Shown one piece after another: positions 11,898 through 21,117 of a DNA stretch of 64,000 nt; positions within the stretch are counted from its first letter, which is position 1; every line of letters begins with the position of its first letter. This DNA is from Nitrospira sp. (GTDB lineage: Bacteria > Nitrospirota > Nitrospiria > Nitrospirales > Nitrospiraceae). The notes below the pieces were generated by a model. The model had not been told where the DNA came from. It did not search any database and worked only from the letters and a program-made list of their open reading frames with translations. The stretch covers positions 59,820 through 123,819 of the forward strand of contig JAEURX010000013.1 in the NCBI GenBank assembly GCA_016788885.1. The letters run 5' to 3'. Both the position numbers and the translations under genes were made by a program.

Positions 11898-12245
11898 ATG
11901 GGGAATGAGCCCAGACTGGGAAGTAAGGTTTTCTATAAAATCGGCGAAGTCAGCAAGCTTTCCAAGTTGCCGGCGTATGTCTTACGGTTTTGGGAGTCGG
12001 AGTTCAGCTTCCTGAAGCCGAAGAAGAGCCGTGGCAATCAGCGGTTGTATGTGCAGCGGGATGTGGATACCGTGCTGGAGATTAAGCGGATGCTCTATGA
12101 TGAGGGGCACACGCTGGCTGGTGTGAAGCGGTACTGGGCTCGGCGAGGACGGGCAACGGTCAAGAAAAGTGGGTCGCGGAAAGAGCTGGCCCAGCGTGTT
12201 CGTGGCGATCTCCAGGCGATTATTCGGTTGATCGATTCGCATTAA
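11898..12245 (+). CDS. MerR-family transcriptional regulator
   Basis: YKIGEVS, LRFWE and GNQRLY helix-turn-helix motifs; typical neighbour of ihfA. Confidence 0.9.
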   Translation: MGNEPRLGSKVFYKIGEVSKLSKLPAYVLRFWESEFSFLKPKKSRGNQRLYVQRDVDTVLEIKRMLYDEGHTLAGVKRYWARRGRATVKKSGSRKELAQRVRGDLQAIIRLIDSH

Positions 12246-12313
12246 GCGTGAACCGTTCCAGTGCTGTGGGCGGCTGCGTCCCACTGTGTAGGTTACATCC
12301 ATGTCGTTTGTGT

Positions 12314-12390
12314 CGGGGCGTAGCGCAGCCCGGTAGCGCACTCGCTTGGGGTGCGAGGGGTCGTGGGTTCAAATCCCGCCGCCCCGACCA
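12314..12390 (+). tRNA. tRNA-Pro(GGG)
   Basis: 77-nt cloverleaf CGGGGCG...CGCCCCG-ACCA; anticodon arm CTCGC-TTGGGGT-GCGAG; T-loop GGTTCAAAT; encoded CCA. Confidence 0.97.
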
Positions 12391-12553
12391 TCGGCATGAT
12401 GTTCTCCATCACGCAGTGTTCTGAGGAACGTTGAGTATTGCCACTGACCATGTGCGTGCACGCGTGAGTGTTCTCCCCTTTCCTGTGGCTCCCCTCAATC
12501 TGATCGTTTTGACTCTCCCCTTTCATCACGGGTTCGACACATAAGGAGCAGGC

Positions 12554-13369
12554 GTGGCGCGTGTACGGATCCTTGTAACCAACGACGACGGCATTGCGTC
12601 TCCTGGGATTCATGCGGTGGCGACCGCACTCGGTGCGTTGGGGGAGGTGTGGATCGTCGCACCGGATCGAGAGCGGACTGCTGTCGGGCATGCAGTGACG
12701 TTGCACAAACCGCTTCGCATCACCAAAATGGCTCCCCGGGTCTTCATGGTTAATGGGACCCCGGTGGATTGTGTCAATCTTGCCCTGCTCAAGGTCATGC
12801 CCCATCAGCCTGCGCTCATCGTGTCGGGTATCAATCGCGGCGTGAATCTCGGCGATGATGTGATGTATTCCGGCACGGTGTCGGGTGCCTTGGAAGGGAC
12901 GATGTTCGGCATCCCGTCGGTGGCCGTCTCACAGGAGGGCGAGGACACGTTTCGTTTCGAGGTCGGGGCCCGGTATGCGACTCGGGTGGCGTCGGAAGTG
13001 CTGGTTCACGGACTACCGCCGGAAACGATCTTGAATGTGAATATCCCGGACGTCCCCTTGCGGGGGATCAAGGGCGTGAAGGTGACCTGTCTCAGTCGGC
13101 GCCGCTTCAATAATCCCATCGTGGAGAAGGTCGATCCGAGAGGGCGGAAGTATTATTGGATCGCCGGGACACGGCAATCGTGGAGTCGGCAACAGGATGC
13201 CGATCACGAAGCCTTGGCGCGCCATATGGTTTCGGTCACGCCGATCCGCCTCGATACGACCCATCACACCATGCTGGCGCACTTCAAAACCTGGGAAGGG
13301 ACGCTCTCGCGCCCGTTGGTAGCACGGACACAGGTGCGCCGGCGTTCGTCAAGGAGGCCTCAGTCATGA
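12554..13369 (+). CDS. surE: 5'/3'-nucleotidase SurE
   Basis: ILVTNDDG, GTPVDCV, SGINRGVNLG and YSGTV motifs. Confidence 0.96.
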   Translation: MARVRILVTNDDGIASPGIHAVATALGALGEVWIVAPDRERTAVGHAVTLHKPLRITKMAPRVFMVNGTPVDCVNLALLKVMPHQPALIVSGINRGVNLGDDVMYSGTVSGALEGTMFGIPSVAVSQEGEDTFRFEVGARYATRVASEVLVHGLPPETILNVNIPDVPLRGIKGVKVTCLSRRRFNNPIVEKVDPRGRKYYWIAGTRQSWSRQQDADHEALARHMVSVTPIRLDTTHHTMLAHFKTWEGTLSRPLVARTQVRRRSSRRPQS

Positions 13370-14001
13370 GCGGCCTGATCGAATGGTTGATCGAAGTGCT
13401 GGGCCGATTCGTCATTGCGACGATTTCGACGTTTGGGTACACCGGCATCGTGATTACGATGGCCATCGAAAGTGCCTGCATCCCCTTGCCGAGTGAAATC
13501 ATTATGCCCTTCTCCGGCTATCTGGTCTCCACCGGGCAATTTTCGTTGGTGGGAGTGACGTTAGCCGGCGCGATTGGGAATGTCCTGGGGTCGTTGGTCG
13601 CCTATTATGTGGGAGTCTGGGGTGGCCGTCCGTTTGTCGAGCGGTATGGCCGGTATGTGCTCATCTCCCAGCATGATGTGGATCTGGCCGACCGCTGGTT
13701 TGCCAAGCATGGCGAAGCGGCGGTCTTGATCGGCCGCCTCTTGCCTGTCGTGCGAACGTTCATTTCTCTGCCAGCGGGAATTGCGCGGATGGACATCAAG
13801 AAGTTCGTGCTCTATTCATTTGTCGGAGCCGTTCCGTTCTGCTACGCGCTCGCCTATGTGGGGTTGAAGATGGGGGAGCACTGGAATGAGTTGCACCAGT
13901 ATTTCCATCACGCGGATCTGGTCATCGGATTGTTTCTCGCCATCGGCCTCGGCTATTTTCTCTGGTCACACTGGCCGAAGCGTCGCGCGTCTGTGGGGTA
14001 A
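13366..14001 (+). CDS. DedA-family membrane protein
   Basis: ESACIPLPSE, GRLLPVVRTFISLPAG; start moved to ATG 13366 (ATGA overlap with the surE stop, AAGGAGG RBS). Confidence 0.92.
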   Translation: MSGLIEWLIEVLGRFVIATISTFGYTGIVITMAIESACIPLPSEIIMPFSGYLVSTGQFSLVGVTLAGAIGNVLGSLVAYYVGVWGGRPFVERYGRYVLISQHDVDLADRWFAKHGEAAVLIGRLLPVVRTFISLPAGIARMDIKKFVLYSFVGAVPFCYALAYVGLKMGEHWNELHQYFHHADLVIGLFLAIGLGYFLWSHWPKRRASVG

Positions 14002-14010
14002 TGACCGATT

Positions 14011-15471
14011 ATGCTGCGTGTCTACAATACGCTGACTGGTCACAAAGACCCGTTTGAACCGATGGTGCCCGGCATGGTCCGCATGTATGTGTGCGGAGTC
14101 ACCGTGTATGACTATTGTCACATCGGCCATGCTCGCAGTGCCTTGGTGTTTGATGTGTTGCGGCGGCACCTGGAATACTCCGGCTTGATCGTAGAGTTTG
14201 CGAAGAACTTTACGGATGTCGATGACAAAATCATCAAACGCGCCAACGAGCAAGGGGTGAGTTGCGAGCACATCACTACGACATTCATCAAGGCGTATTA
14301 CGACGACATGGACAAGCTCGGGGTTCGACGGGCTACGCTTGAGCCGAGGGCAACGGAGCACATCGCCGATATTGTCGCCCTGGTCGATGCCTTGATGGCC
14401 AAGGGGATGGCCTACCGCGTCGAAAGGGATGTCTATTTTCAAGTGGATCGGTATCCGGTGTATGGTCGCCTCTCCAAGCGAAAGATGGATGATTTGCAGG
14501 CGGGCGCACGCGTGGATGTGGATGAGCGCAAACGTCACCCCATGGATTTTGCGCTGTGGAAAGGCAGTAAGCCTGGTGAGCCGTCATGGGACAGTCCATG
14601 GGGGCCTGGTCGTCCAGGCTGGCATATCGAATGCTCGGCGATGGCGATGCGGCATCTTGGAGAAACCTTCGATATTCACGGCGGCGGGATGGATCTGATC
14701 TTCCCGCATCACGAGAACGAGATTGCACAGTCGTGCGGCGCGACCGGCAAAGAATTCGCGCGGTATTGGGTGCACAACGGTTTTGTCCAGATCAACCACG
14801 AGAAGATGTCCAAGTCCCTGGGCAATTTCTTTACGATCCGCGAAATTTTTGAAAAGTCTGAATGGCCTGACGCGGTGACGGGCGAGATGTTGCGATACTT
14901 CCTGCTCTCCACGCACTATCGCAGCCCATTGGATTTTTCCGATCAAGCCCTGGCGGAAGCGAAGAATGCGCTCAACGGATTTTATGACCTCTTCGACCGG
15001 CTCAAGGAGACGGCTCCTGTGCACGGGACTGCGGATGTCCCCTTGCGCGACGCAACGGTGCGGATGCGGCAGGCCTTTGTTGACGCCATGGATGACGACC
15101 TGAACACTCCCAACGCCATCGCAGCCCTGCAAAAGCTACGCGGGGAAACCAACAAAGCGCTCGAGGCCGGATTGTCTGGCGACACACGTCGCGTCGTGCG
15201 AGAAGAGTTTCGGACATTGGGGGCGGTGCTTGGGCTGCTGCAATCGGACGACTGGCAATTTAAGAGCCAGGCCAAACAGCCCGCCTCAGGGACATCTGTC
15301 GGTGAGAAGTCTGGCTTGTCGGATGAGGAGATTGCTGCGAAGATCGCCGCACGACTCGCCGCGAAACAATCGAAACACTACAAGCTTGCCGACCAGCTCA
15401 GAGCCGAGCTGGCTTCCCATGGCATTACGATCGAGGATCGGCCAGATGGCACCAGCCGCTGGAAGCGATAA
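14011..15471 (+). CDS. cysS: Cysteine--tRNA ligase
   Basis: CGVTVYD, HIGH, GWHIECSAM and KMSKS motifs. Confidence 0.98.
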   Translation: MLRVYNTLTGHKDPFEPMVPGMVRMYVCGVTVYDYCHIGHARSALVFDVLRRHLEYSGLIVEFAKNFTDVDDKIIKRANEQGVSCEHITTTFIKAYYDDMDKLGVRRATLEPRATEHIADIVALVDALMAKGMAYRVERDVYFQVDRYPVYGRLSKRKMDDLQAGARVDVDERKRHPMDFALWKGSKPGEPSWDSPWGPGRPGWHIECSAMAMRHLGETFDIHGGGMDLIFPHHENEIAQSCGATGKEFARYWVHNGFVQINHEKMSKSLGNFFTIREIFEKSEWPDAVTGEMLRYFLLSTHYRSPLDFSDQALAEAKNALNGFYDLFDRLKETAPVHGTADVPLRDATVRMRQAFVDAMDDDLNTPNAIAALQKLRGETNKALEAGLSGDTRRVVREEFRTLGAVLGLLQSDDWQFKSQAKQPASGTSVGEKSGLSDEEIAAKIAARLAAKQSKHYKLADQLRAELASHGITIEDRPDGTSRWKR

Positions 15472-16222
15472 TTCTTCCGAACTCATTTATGGACTGCATG
15501 CCGTTCGCGAAGCCCTCCGCGCCGGCGCACGCCCTCTTCAGCGATTGTTGGTGCTGGGAACCGATCGACAGTTTGGTGACATTGTGCGCTTGGCCAGGGA
15601 GCAACGCGTGCCTGTGTATGTCGAGCCACGCGTCGCGTTAGATCGCCTTGTCCCTGGTGGCCGCCATCAGGGCGTCGTCGGGTTGGTGGCTGCGAAGGCC
15701 TATGCGGAACCCGAAGATATTCTCTCGGCGGCTCGGGCGGCAGGCCATACTCCGTTGCTGGTGGTGTTGGATGGCGTGGAGGATCCCCATAACCTCGGGG
15801 CGGTTCTCCGAACAGCTGAAGCCACAGGGGTCCAAGGCGTATTTATTCCAGAACGTCGTGCGGTGGGGTTGACCAGTGTGGTGGCGAAGGCTTCCGCGGG
15901 TGCGGTCGACTATATACCGGTCGGGCGTGTTGCCAACGTTTCGCGATGGATTGAACGTCTCCAGCGCGAGGGAGTTTGGGTGTATGCGTTTGACGCCGAG
16001 GCGCCTAAATCGTATACACAGCTGGATCTTCGAGGGCCAATGGCACTCGTCTTCGGCGGAGAGGGGAAGGGTGTGCGCCCCGGTGTTCGAGCGGCTTGCG
16101 ACGACGTGGCACATATCCCCATGCTGGGGAAAGTCAGTTCGCTGAACGTTTCGGCTTCGGCGGCCATCGTCCTGTATGAAGCGTTGCGACAGCGTCGTGA
16201 AGGCGTCAGTGGAAAGGCGTGA
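15446..16222 (+). CDS. rlmB: 23S rRNA Gm2251 2'-O-methyltransferase
   Basis: HQGVV, DPHNLGA, GGEGKG and SLNVS SPOUT motifs; start moved to ATG 15446 after GAGGA. Confidence 0.93.
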   Translation: MAPAAGSDNSSELIYGLHAVREALRAGARPLQRLLVLGTDRQFGDIVRLAREQRVPVYVEPRVALDRLVPGGRHQGVVGLVAAKAYAEPEDILSAARAAGHTPLLVVLDGVEDPHNLGAVLRTAEATGVQGVFIPERRAVGLTSVVAKASAGAVDYIPVGRVANVSRWIERLQREGVWVYAFDAEAPKSYTQLDLRGPMALVFGGEGKGVRPGVRAACDDVAHIPMLGKVSSLNVSASAAIVLYEALRQRREGVSGKA

Positions 16223-16231
16223 AGCGGCGGA

Positions 16232-16522
16232 TTACCGGAGCTTCAACATTTTTCCTTGGATCGCAGCCTTGAGCAGTTGGGCGGTGTTGGAGACCCGGAT
16301 CTTCTTCATCATATTGGCCCGATGGGCCTCAACCGTCTTAACGCTGATTTTGAGGCGTTGCGCGATTTCCTTGTTCTTAAATCCAGTCCAGATCAGCTCA
16401 AGAATTTCCTGCTCCCGCGTGGTCAGCGCTTCCGGGCGACGTTTGCGAGGGAGAATGATTGGTTCGGCGACTGCAGTTTTGGTTCGACTTTTGGTAGTCC
16501 TGGCGGCTGTCGGCATGTACAT
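16232..16522 (-). CDS. Stand-alone LuxR-type HTH regulator (no receiver domain)
   Basis: LTTREQEIL...GFKNKEIAQRLKISVKTVEAHRANMMKK. Confidence 0.9.
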   Translation of the reverse strand: MYMPTAARTTKSRTKTAVAEPIILPRKRRPEALTTREQEILELIWTGFKNKEIAQRLKISVKTVEAHRANMMKKIRVSNTAQLLKAAIQGKMLKLR

Positions 16523-16739
16523 CTAGCTCCACTTCGAGTAAAGGCAATTCACAGAGTGAGGCCCGCGACCTCCCGTGCCCACATCGATGCCGGATTATAC
16601 GCAGCGCTTCTGGCGTTTGTAAATGGAAAGCGCCGGCTGCCAGGCTCAATGTTTCTGGTATGCTTATATTAGGTCATGATACGTATAATTGTCTGCCAGG
16701 GTGCGGGCTGAACTGCTGTTGGCCGCTGTGAGCGTGCTC

Positions 16740-17513
16740 ATGCTGTCCTATGTGATCGTGTTCCTATTCGGTGCCGTCATCGGCAGCTTTCTGAACGTCT
16801 GCATCTATCGATTGCCGCGCGAAAAATCAGTCGCATGGCCGGCCTCTCACTGCCCAGCCTGCCGGCAGCCGATCGCGGTCTACGACAATATTCCGATTCT
16901 GAGTTATCTGATCTTGCGGGGACGATGCCGCAGATGCCACACCCTCATCTCAATCCAGTATCCGTTGGTGGAGGCGGCGAATGCAATCGGGTATGTGGCG
17001 GTCTTTTGGCTGTTTGGATTTACCGGGGTAGCCTGTGTATATGCTGGACTGCTCTCTGCCTTGATCGTCATTACGGGCACTGATCTGTCGCACACGATGA
17101 TTCCCGATGCGGTGACGATACCGGGCATAGTCATCGGCCTGGTCTGTGCCGTTGTGATCCTGCCCATCGGCGTGATGGACTCCCTGCTTGGTGTCGCCCT
17201 GGGCGGAGGGCTCCTCTGGATCTTGGCTTGGGCCAGTCCTTATGTCTTTGGAAAAGAAGGCATGGGGGGAGGAGATATCAAGCTGATGGCCATGGTCGGC
17301 GCATTCATCGGATGGCAGCCGGTGTTGTTGGCCATTATGATCGGATCGTTTCTTGGCTCCGTTGTCGGTGTTGGGCTGATCGCCGTCGGAATCATGCGCC
17401 GTGATCAATATATCCCCTTCGGTCCCTTCCTCGCCGCCGGCTCATTGCTCGCGCTGCTGTTTCATCAGCCGCTGCTTGACTGGTATTGGTCCTTGATCGC
17501 CATTCCTCAGTAA
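16740..17513 (+). CDS. pilD: Prepilin peptidase / N-methyltransferase
   Basis: GSFLNVCIYRLP, two CxxC motifs, TDL and MGGGDIKL; start moved to ATG 16740. Confidence 0.95.
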   Translation: MLSYVIVFLFGAVIGSFLNVCIYRLPREKSVAWPASHCPACRQPIAVYDNIPILSYLILRGRCRRCHTLISIQYPLVEAANAIGYVAVFWLFGFTGVACVYAGLLSALIVITGTDLSHTMIPDAVTIPGIVIGLVCAVVILPIGVMDSLLGVALGGGLLWILAWASPYVFGKEGMGGGDIKLMAMVGAFIGWQPVLLAIMIGSFLGSVVGVGLIAVGIMRRDQYIPFGPFLAAGSLLALLFHQPLLDWYWSLIAIPQ

Positions 17514-17759
17514 GGCCAGCAAACTGGCTGTCAGTGCCATGTTCCAGGCATTTGTGACGCTGCTGTTCTGTATCCGAACAGATGTGGGACTGTATCTGAT
17601 TTGGGACAGTTCACAATTGTACCTACCCGCCAGCCGCCGTGTAGTTTGGTGTTGACGATCCCCTTCGACTGAGTCGTTTCTGGAAATCCTGACATATTTC
17701 CGTGTGGTTTTGAGCGTAAGCCCCTGCCGACTGTCCCTCGTGGGAGGCGTGAGGCCACA

Positions 17760-17776
17760 ACGGCATGGAAATTGGA
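17760..17776 (+). promoter_or_regulatory. Possible sigma54 -24/-12 promoter for pilin cassette 1
   Basis: ACGGCATGGAAATTGGA has correct spacing but GG instead of GC at -12; palindrome ACTGT-N12-ACAGT at 17589-17610 could be an activator site. Confidence 0.4.
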
Positions 17777-17808
17777 ATCGCTCTACGCGCTCGACGAAAG
17801 GAGTGGGT

Positions 17809-18243
17809 ATGCGTGAACGTGGTGTGAGCCTTGTGGAGTTGTGTGTCGTGCTGTCGGTCGTGGCTGTTGTGATGGGGCTTAGTGTGCCGGGGTGGGCGGC
17901 GTTGGTGGCAAAACATCGGCAACGTGCGACGATTGCGGAAATTGCGTCTGAATTGCGCATGGCCAGGCAGTTGGCGATGGCGCGGCACGAGCGTGTTCGA
18001 GTGGTGGTGAATGCCGAGCAGTCCGAATTGCGCACGGAATGCATGGACTGTGAACGGAGCGCACTGCGTCGTTATGAGTTCGGGCGAACAGGCACGGTGG
18101 TCGACTCGATGAGTACGCAGCCTGAAATTGTCTTTCAGCCCAGTGGTCGTTCGGCAACAGCGACGACCATGGTGTTGGTCGATTCTCGGCGAGCGAGGCA
18201 TCAAGTGACGGTGAGTCTCACGGGACGGGTGGTCGTGTCATGA
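17809..18243 (+). CDS. fimT: FimT/GspH-like minor pilin (cassette 1)
   Basis: Type III signal RG|VSLVEL, ELRMARQLA helix and FQPSG...VTVSLTGRV; start moved to ATG 17809 after AAGGAG. Confidence 0.85.
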   Translation: MRERGVSLVELCVVLSVVAVVMGLSVPGWAALVAKHRQRATIAEIASELRMARQLAMARHERVRVVVNAEQSELRTECMDCERSALRRYEFGRTGTVVDSMSTQPEIVFQPSGRSATATTMVLVDSRRARHQVTVSLTGRVVVS

Positions 18244-18767
18244 ACGACGTGACTGTCGGGACGACGAGGGCGCGAGCGTTGGTGACGCAAGCGGACGGAT
18301 TTACGCTGATCGAGAGTATGGTGGCGCTGGTGGTGCTCTCCATCGGGGTTATCGGGACGATCGCGATGTGCGAGTGGGCGCAACAGGGTCTTCAGCGTGG
18401 GGCGTTGACGACGACGGCGTTAGCCTTGGCGGAATCGAGGGTGGAGGAGAAGCGTAGCCTGCCGTGGGAACAGTTGCTCACAGATGATCTCGATCAAGAC
18501 GGCAGGGCGGAGTCGGTCATGCGTGATGACGGGTCGCAGGAAGACACAGTGAATGGAGACGGGATTTTTACCGGAAGTATGACGCGCTCGAATATTCGGC
18601 TGGTGTGGACGGTGGAGTTCAATCGTGGCACGCAACCTGGCACCGCGAGTCTGGCGACGATCGAAGCACGTGCGCTCTTTCGGACGTTGAGCGGGCATGA
18701 CCGGGAAGTGCGGGTTCGTACGATTCGCGCCAATCCTCGCTATGTCGGTCTGTCGGGGCTCTCATGA
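18240..18767 (+). CDS. pilV: PilV-like minor pilin (cassette 1)
   Basis: DG|FTLIESMV prepilin motif; ATGA overlaps on both sides. Confidence 0.75.
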   Translation: MNDVTVGTTRARALVTQADGFTLIESMVALVVLSIGVIGTIAMCEWAQQGLQRGALTTTALALAESRVEEKRSLPWEQLLTDDLDQDGRAESVMRDDGSQEDTVNGDGIFTGSMTRSNIRLVWTVEFNRGTQPGTASLATIEARALFRTLSGHDREVRVRTIRANPRYVGLSGLS

Positions 18768-19540
18768 GGGATTCTACGATGGCACGGCCGAGCGTATCCG
18801 TGCGTGGGGCCGTGAATCCGAGGCTCGGCTCGACCGGGGGAAGTCTGATCGAACTGCTGATTGCTTTGGCGATCAGCAGTGTCGCGATCTCTGCGGCGAT
18901 TCAGGCCTTCTCGGTCTATGGTCTTCGATTGAGTTCGCAACATGGCACGATGATCACAAATCAGGAGCTGCGGCTCGGGATGGACGTGTTGTGTAGTGAG
19001 CTGCGCCTGGCGGCGAGCGGGCTGTTGGGTGGCGAGGCCCCGTTTCTCAAAGCCGACGTCGAAGAAGCCGAGTTCTTTGCCAACCTGAGCAGTTCCGCGA
19101 CCATCCTGACCCAGAATGCAGACCCCGGTCGGCAGGATGTGGTGGTAGAAGATGGGACGGATTGGCCACGGGGAAAGCAGGTCGTGATGTGTTCAGCGGC
19201 GCACTGTGCCTGGAATCAATTGGCGGCTGACGGTCGGAAGCACACGCTGACGCTGGCAACGCCTCCTGCGGAACAGTTCCAGGCTCGGAGTGCGGTGTTC
19301 CTACTGAATCGCGTGCGCTATTACCTCAAGCCCCAAGGGGATGGAACGGGCCGGTTGATGCGTGAAGTGGATGGCGGAGTGAGTACGCTGTTGAGCGACG
19401 TCCGTGGCTTTCAGCTGCGGTATTTCGATAGGCGTGGACGTGAGACGGAAGATGCGCGGGAGGTGGTGCGGGTACATGTGACCATCGAGATGGGAATGCA
19501 AAGATTGACGCTCTCGAGGGATATCGCGATTCGGACATAA
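18764..19540 (+). CDS. pilW: PilW-like minor pilin (cassette 1)
   Basis: GG|SLIELLI prepilin motif, ELRLA helix and C-terminal 'FQLRYFD...VVRVHVTI'. Confidence 0.75.
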   Translation: MRDSTMARPSVSVRGAVNPRLGSTGGSLIELLIALAISSVAISAAIQAFSVYGLRLSSQHGTMITNQELRLGMDVLCSELRLAASGLLGGEAPFLKADVEEAEFFANLSSSATILTQNADPGRQDVVVEDGTDWPRGKQVVMCSAAHCAWNQLAADGRKHTLTLATPPAEQFQARSAVFLLNRVRYYLKPQGDGTGRLMREVDGGVSTLLSDVRGFQLRYFDRRGRETEDAREVVRVHVTIEMGMQRLTLSRDIAIRT

Positions 19541-19561
19541 TTAGGAAGAGAGAAGAGGAAG

Positions 19562-21049
19562 ATGAACACGAGGAACGCGCGGCGCAGTATGGGCATGCGA
19601 CAGGATGAACGGGGTATCGCATTATTGGCGGTGCTGATGGTGGTGTTTTTGCTGACGTTGTTGGGGATGACTTCCATGCATCTAGCAGGGCAGGAGCTTG
19701 TCGGTGCAAGTGTCCTGCAGGAGGAGCGTCTTGCTCATCACGCCGCGGAATCGGCCGTTGATGTCGTGATGGGCTGGTTCCACGATCCTTCGCTTGTGCC
19801 ACAGGAGGTCGGCACACGATGGTTCACGAAGCGATTCGTCAACGCGCAGGGCGATCCTTCCTATTTTGATGCGCAGGGGCGTGCGCAATTTGTGGGAACG
19901 GAGGCACAGCCCGACATGCTCTTCGATGCAGCCAATCCTCAACACGACCGGATACTGAACGATCCTCAAACAGGATGGTTCAAGTCTCTCAAGGGGCTGG
20001 CGAAGATTCTCAAGCTGCGAGTGTACGGAGCGACACGCCCCGGTTTGCTTTGTACGGTTGAGGTGACCGCCGGGGCTGGCCAGGCTTCCCGGGTGACGAA
20101 GACGGTGTCCGTAGAGTTCGGCGCCTATGCGGTACCGGCCCTGCATGCCGCTTTGCAGAGCGGTGCAGTTGGTCATCAGCCTGTCGAACCGAACCCCGGA
20201 GTTGTGTCTGCCCACTGGGGGGAGGTGATCGTTCGTGGATCGGCTCATTTTCCAAAACCAAGCGAGATGCCGGTGCAAAGCGCTCTCGCGCCGGTGACGG
20301 GGCAGGCCTATGACGAGATGGGGCCACGTGCTGATCGCTGGCTCACGATCAGGATCGGGGGAGAAGCGTTTTTTGCCACCCTTCCTCTCGAAGCATGGCC
20401 TGATGTCCCGCTGAATATCCACGCGCATCAAGAACCCATTCCCGGTGTGAAGGTGGATCAGTGGGACTATGCATCGTTAAAGCGAGTGGCCATGCAGTTT
20501 GGCCAAGTGTATGGGATCGATCGGGAGGGCCTGTTGTATCCGGGTGGTGTGGTTCAACCTGGATTGGGACGACCTGCATCGGAGGTGTTCGCTTCACGGG
20601 GACCGGGAGACCATCGGGGCCTCGTATTTGTAGACACGCTGGATGGGATGCCGCCCCGTCTCGATAACCTGGGCTCGATTGTGCTTGATCAGGACTATGC
20701 CGAGGGCATTTTTATTGTGAATGCTCATGTGTTTTGGAAGGCGAGTTCGACGGGAAAAACCGTTCCAGCTTTGAGTCCTCCGCCGGATGGCCAGCAGTCA
20801 TTCGGAGCAAGAATTCCGGTGCAATTGTCAGGCATTCATCTCCAGGGTGTGCTGTATGCGGCAGGTGACGTGCGGTATGCGGGACACGTGAAGGTGTACG
20901 GCGGAGTGGTAGCAGAGGGTGCGATTGTGGATGGAGCCAATGGGTTAGGCGCCTTGGAGGTCTGGTACAACCACGATCTTCGTGAGGGGTTGGTGCAGGG
21001 GCTGCCACTGGTATTCGTCGCGCCTGGCAGCTGGCAGCCCAAAGCATAA
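19562..21049 (+). CDS. pilX: PilX-like minor pilin with large C-terminal domain (cassette 1)
   Basis: RG|IALLAVL without Glu5 (typical of PilX/GspK) and AHHAAESAV helix. Confidence 0.7.
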   Translation: MNTRNARRSMGMRQDERGIALLAVLMVVFLLTLLGMTSMHLAGQELVGASVLQEERLAHHAAESAVDVVMGWFHDPSLVPQEVGTRWFTKRFVNAQGDPSYFDAQGRAQFVGTEAQPDMLFDAANPQHDRILNDPQTGWFKSLKGLAKILKLRVYGATRPGLLCTVEVTAGAGQASRVTKTVSVEFGAYAVPALHAALQSGAVGHQPVEPNPGVVSAHWGEVIVRGSAHFPKPSEMPVQSALAPVTGQAYDEMGPRADRWLTIRIGGEAFFATLPLEAWPDVPLNIHAHQEPIPGVKVDQWDYASLKRVAMQFGQVYGIDREGLLYPGGVVQPGLGRPASEVFASRGPGDHRGLVFVDTLDGMPPRLDNLGSIVLDQDYAEGIFIVNAHVFWKASSTGKTVPALSPPPDGQQSFGARIPVQLSGIHLQGVLYAAGDVRYAGHVKVYGGVVAEGAIVDGANGLGALEVWYNHDLREGLVQGLPLVFVAPGSWQPKA

Positions 21050-21117
21050 CAACCTGCGGGCGCCCAAGTTCTTGTCAGGGGGGCGTCTCCGACAATCATG
21101 AGGAAGGAACTACTGCG

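Noticed and set aside
12314-12390. tRNA-Pro as the boundary of a genomic island
   Set aside because: No integrase follows it, no duplicated tRNA 3' end was seen in the window, and the downstream genes are housekeeping.
12293-12805. 170-aa minus-strand ORF
   Set aside because: It reads through the tRNA-Pro gene and the start of surE; the [12 protein letters not shown] segment is the known artefact of translating a tRNA.
17515-17528. GCCAG-CAAA-CTGGC hairpin after pilD as a terminator
   Set aside because: Only a 5-bp stem and no U tract.
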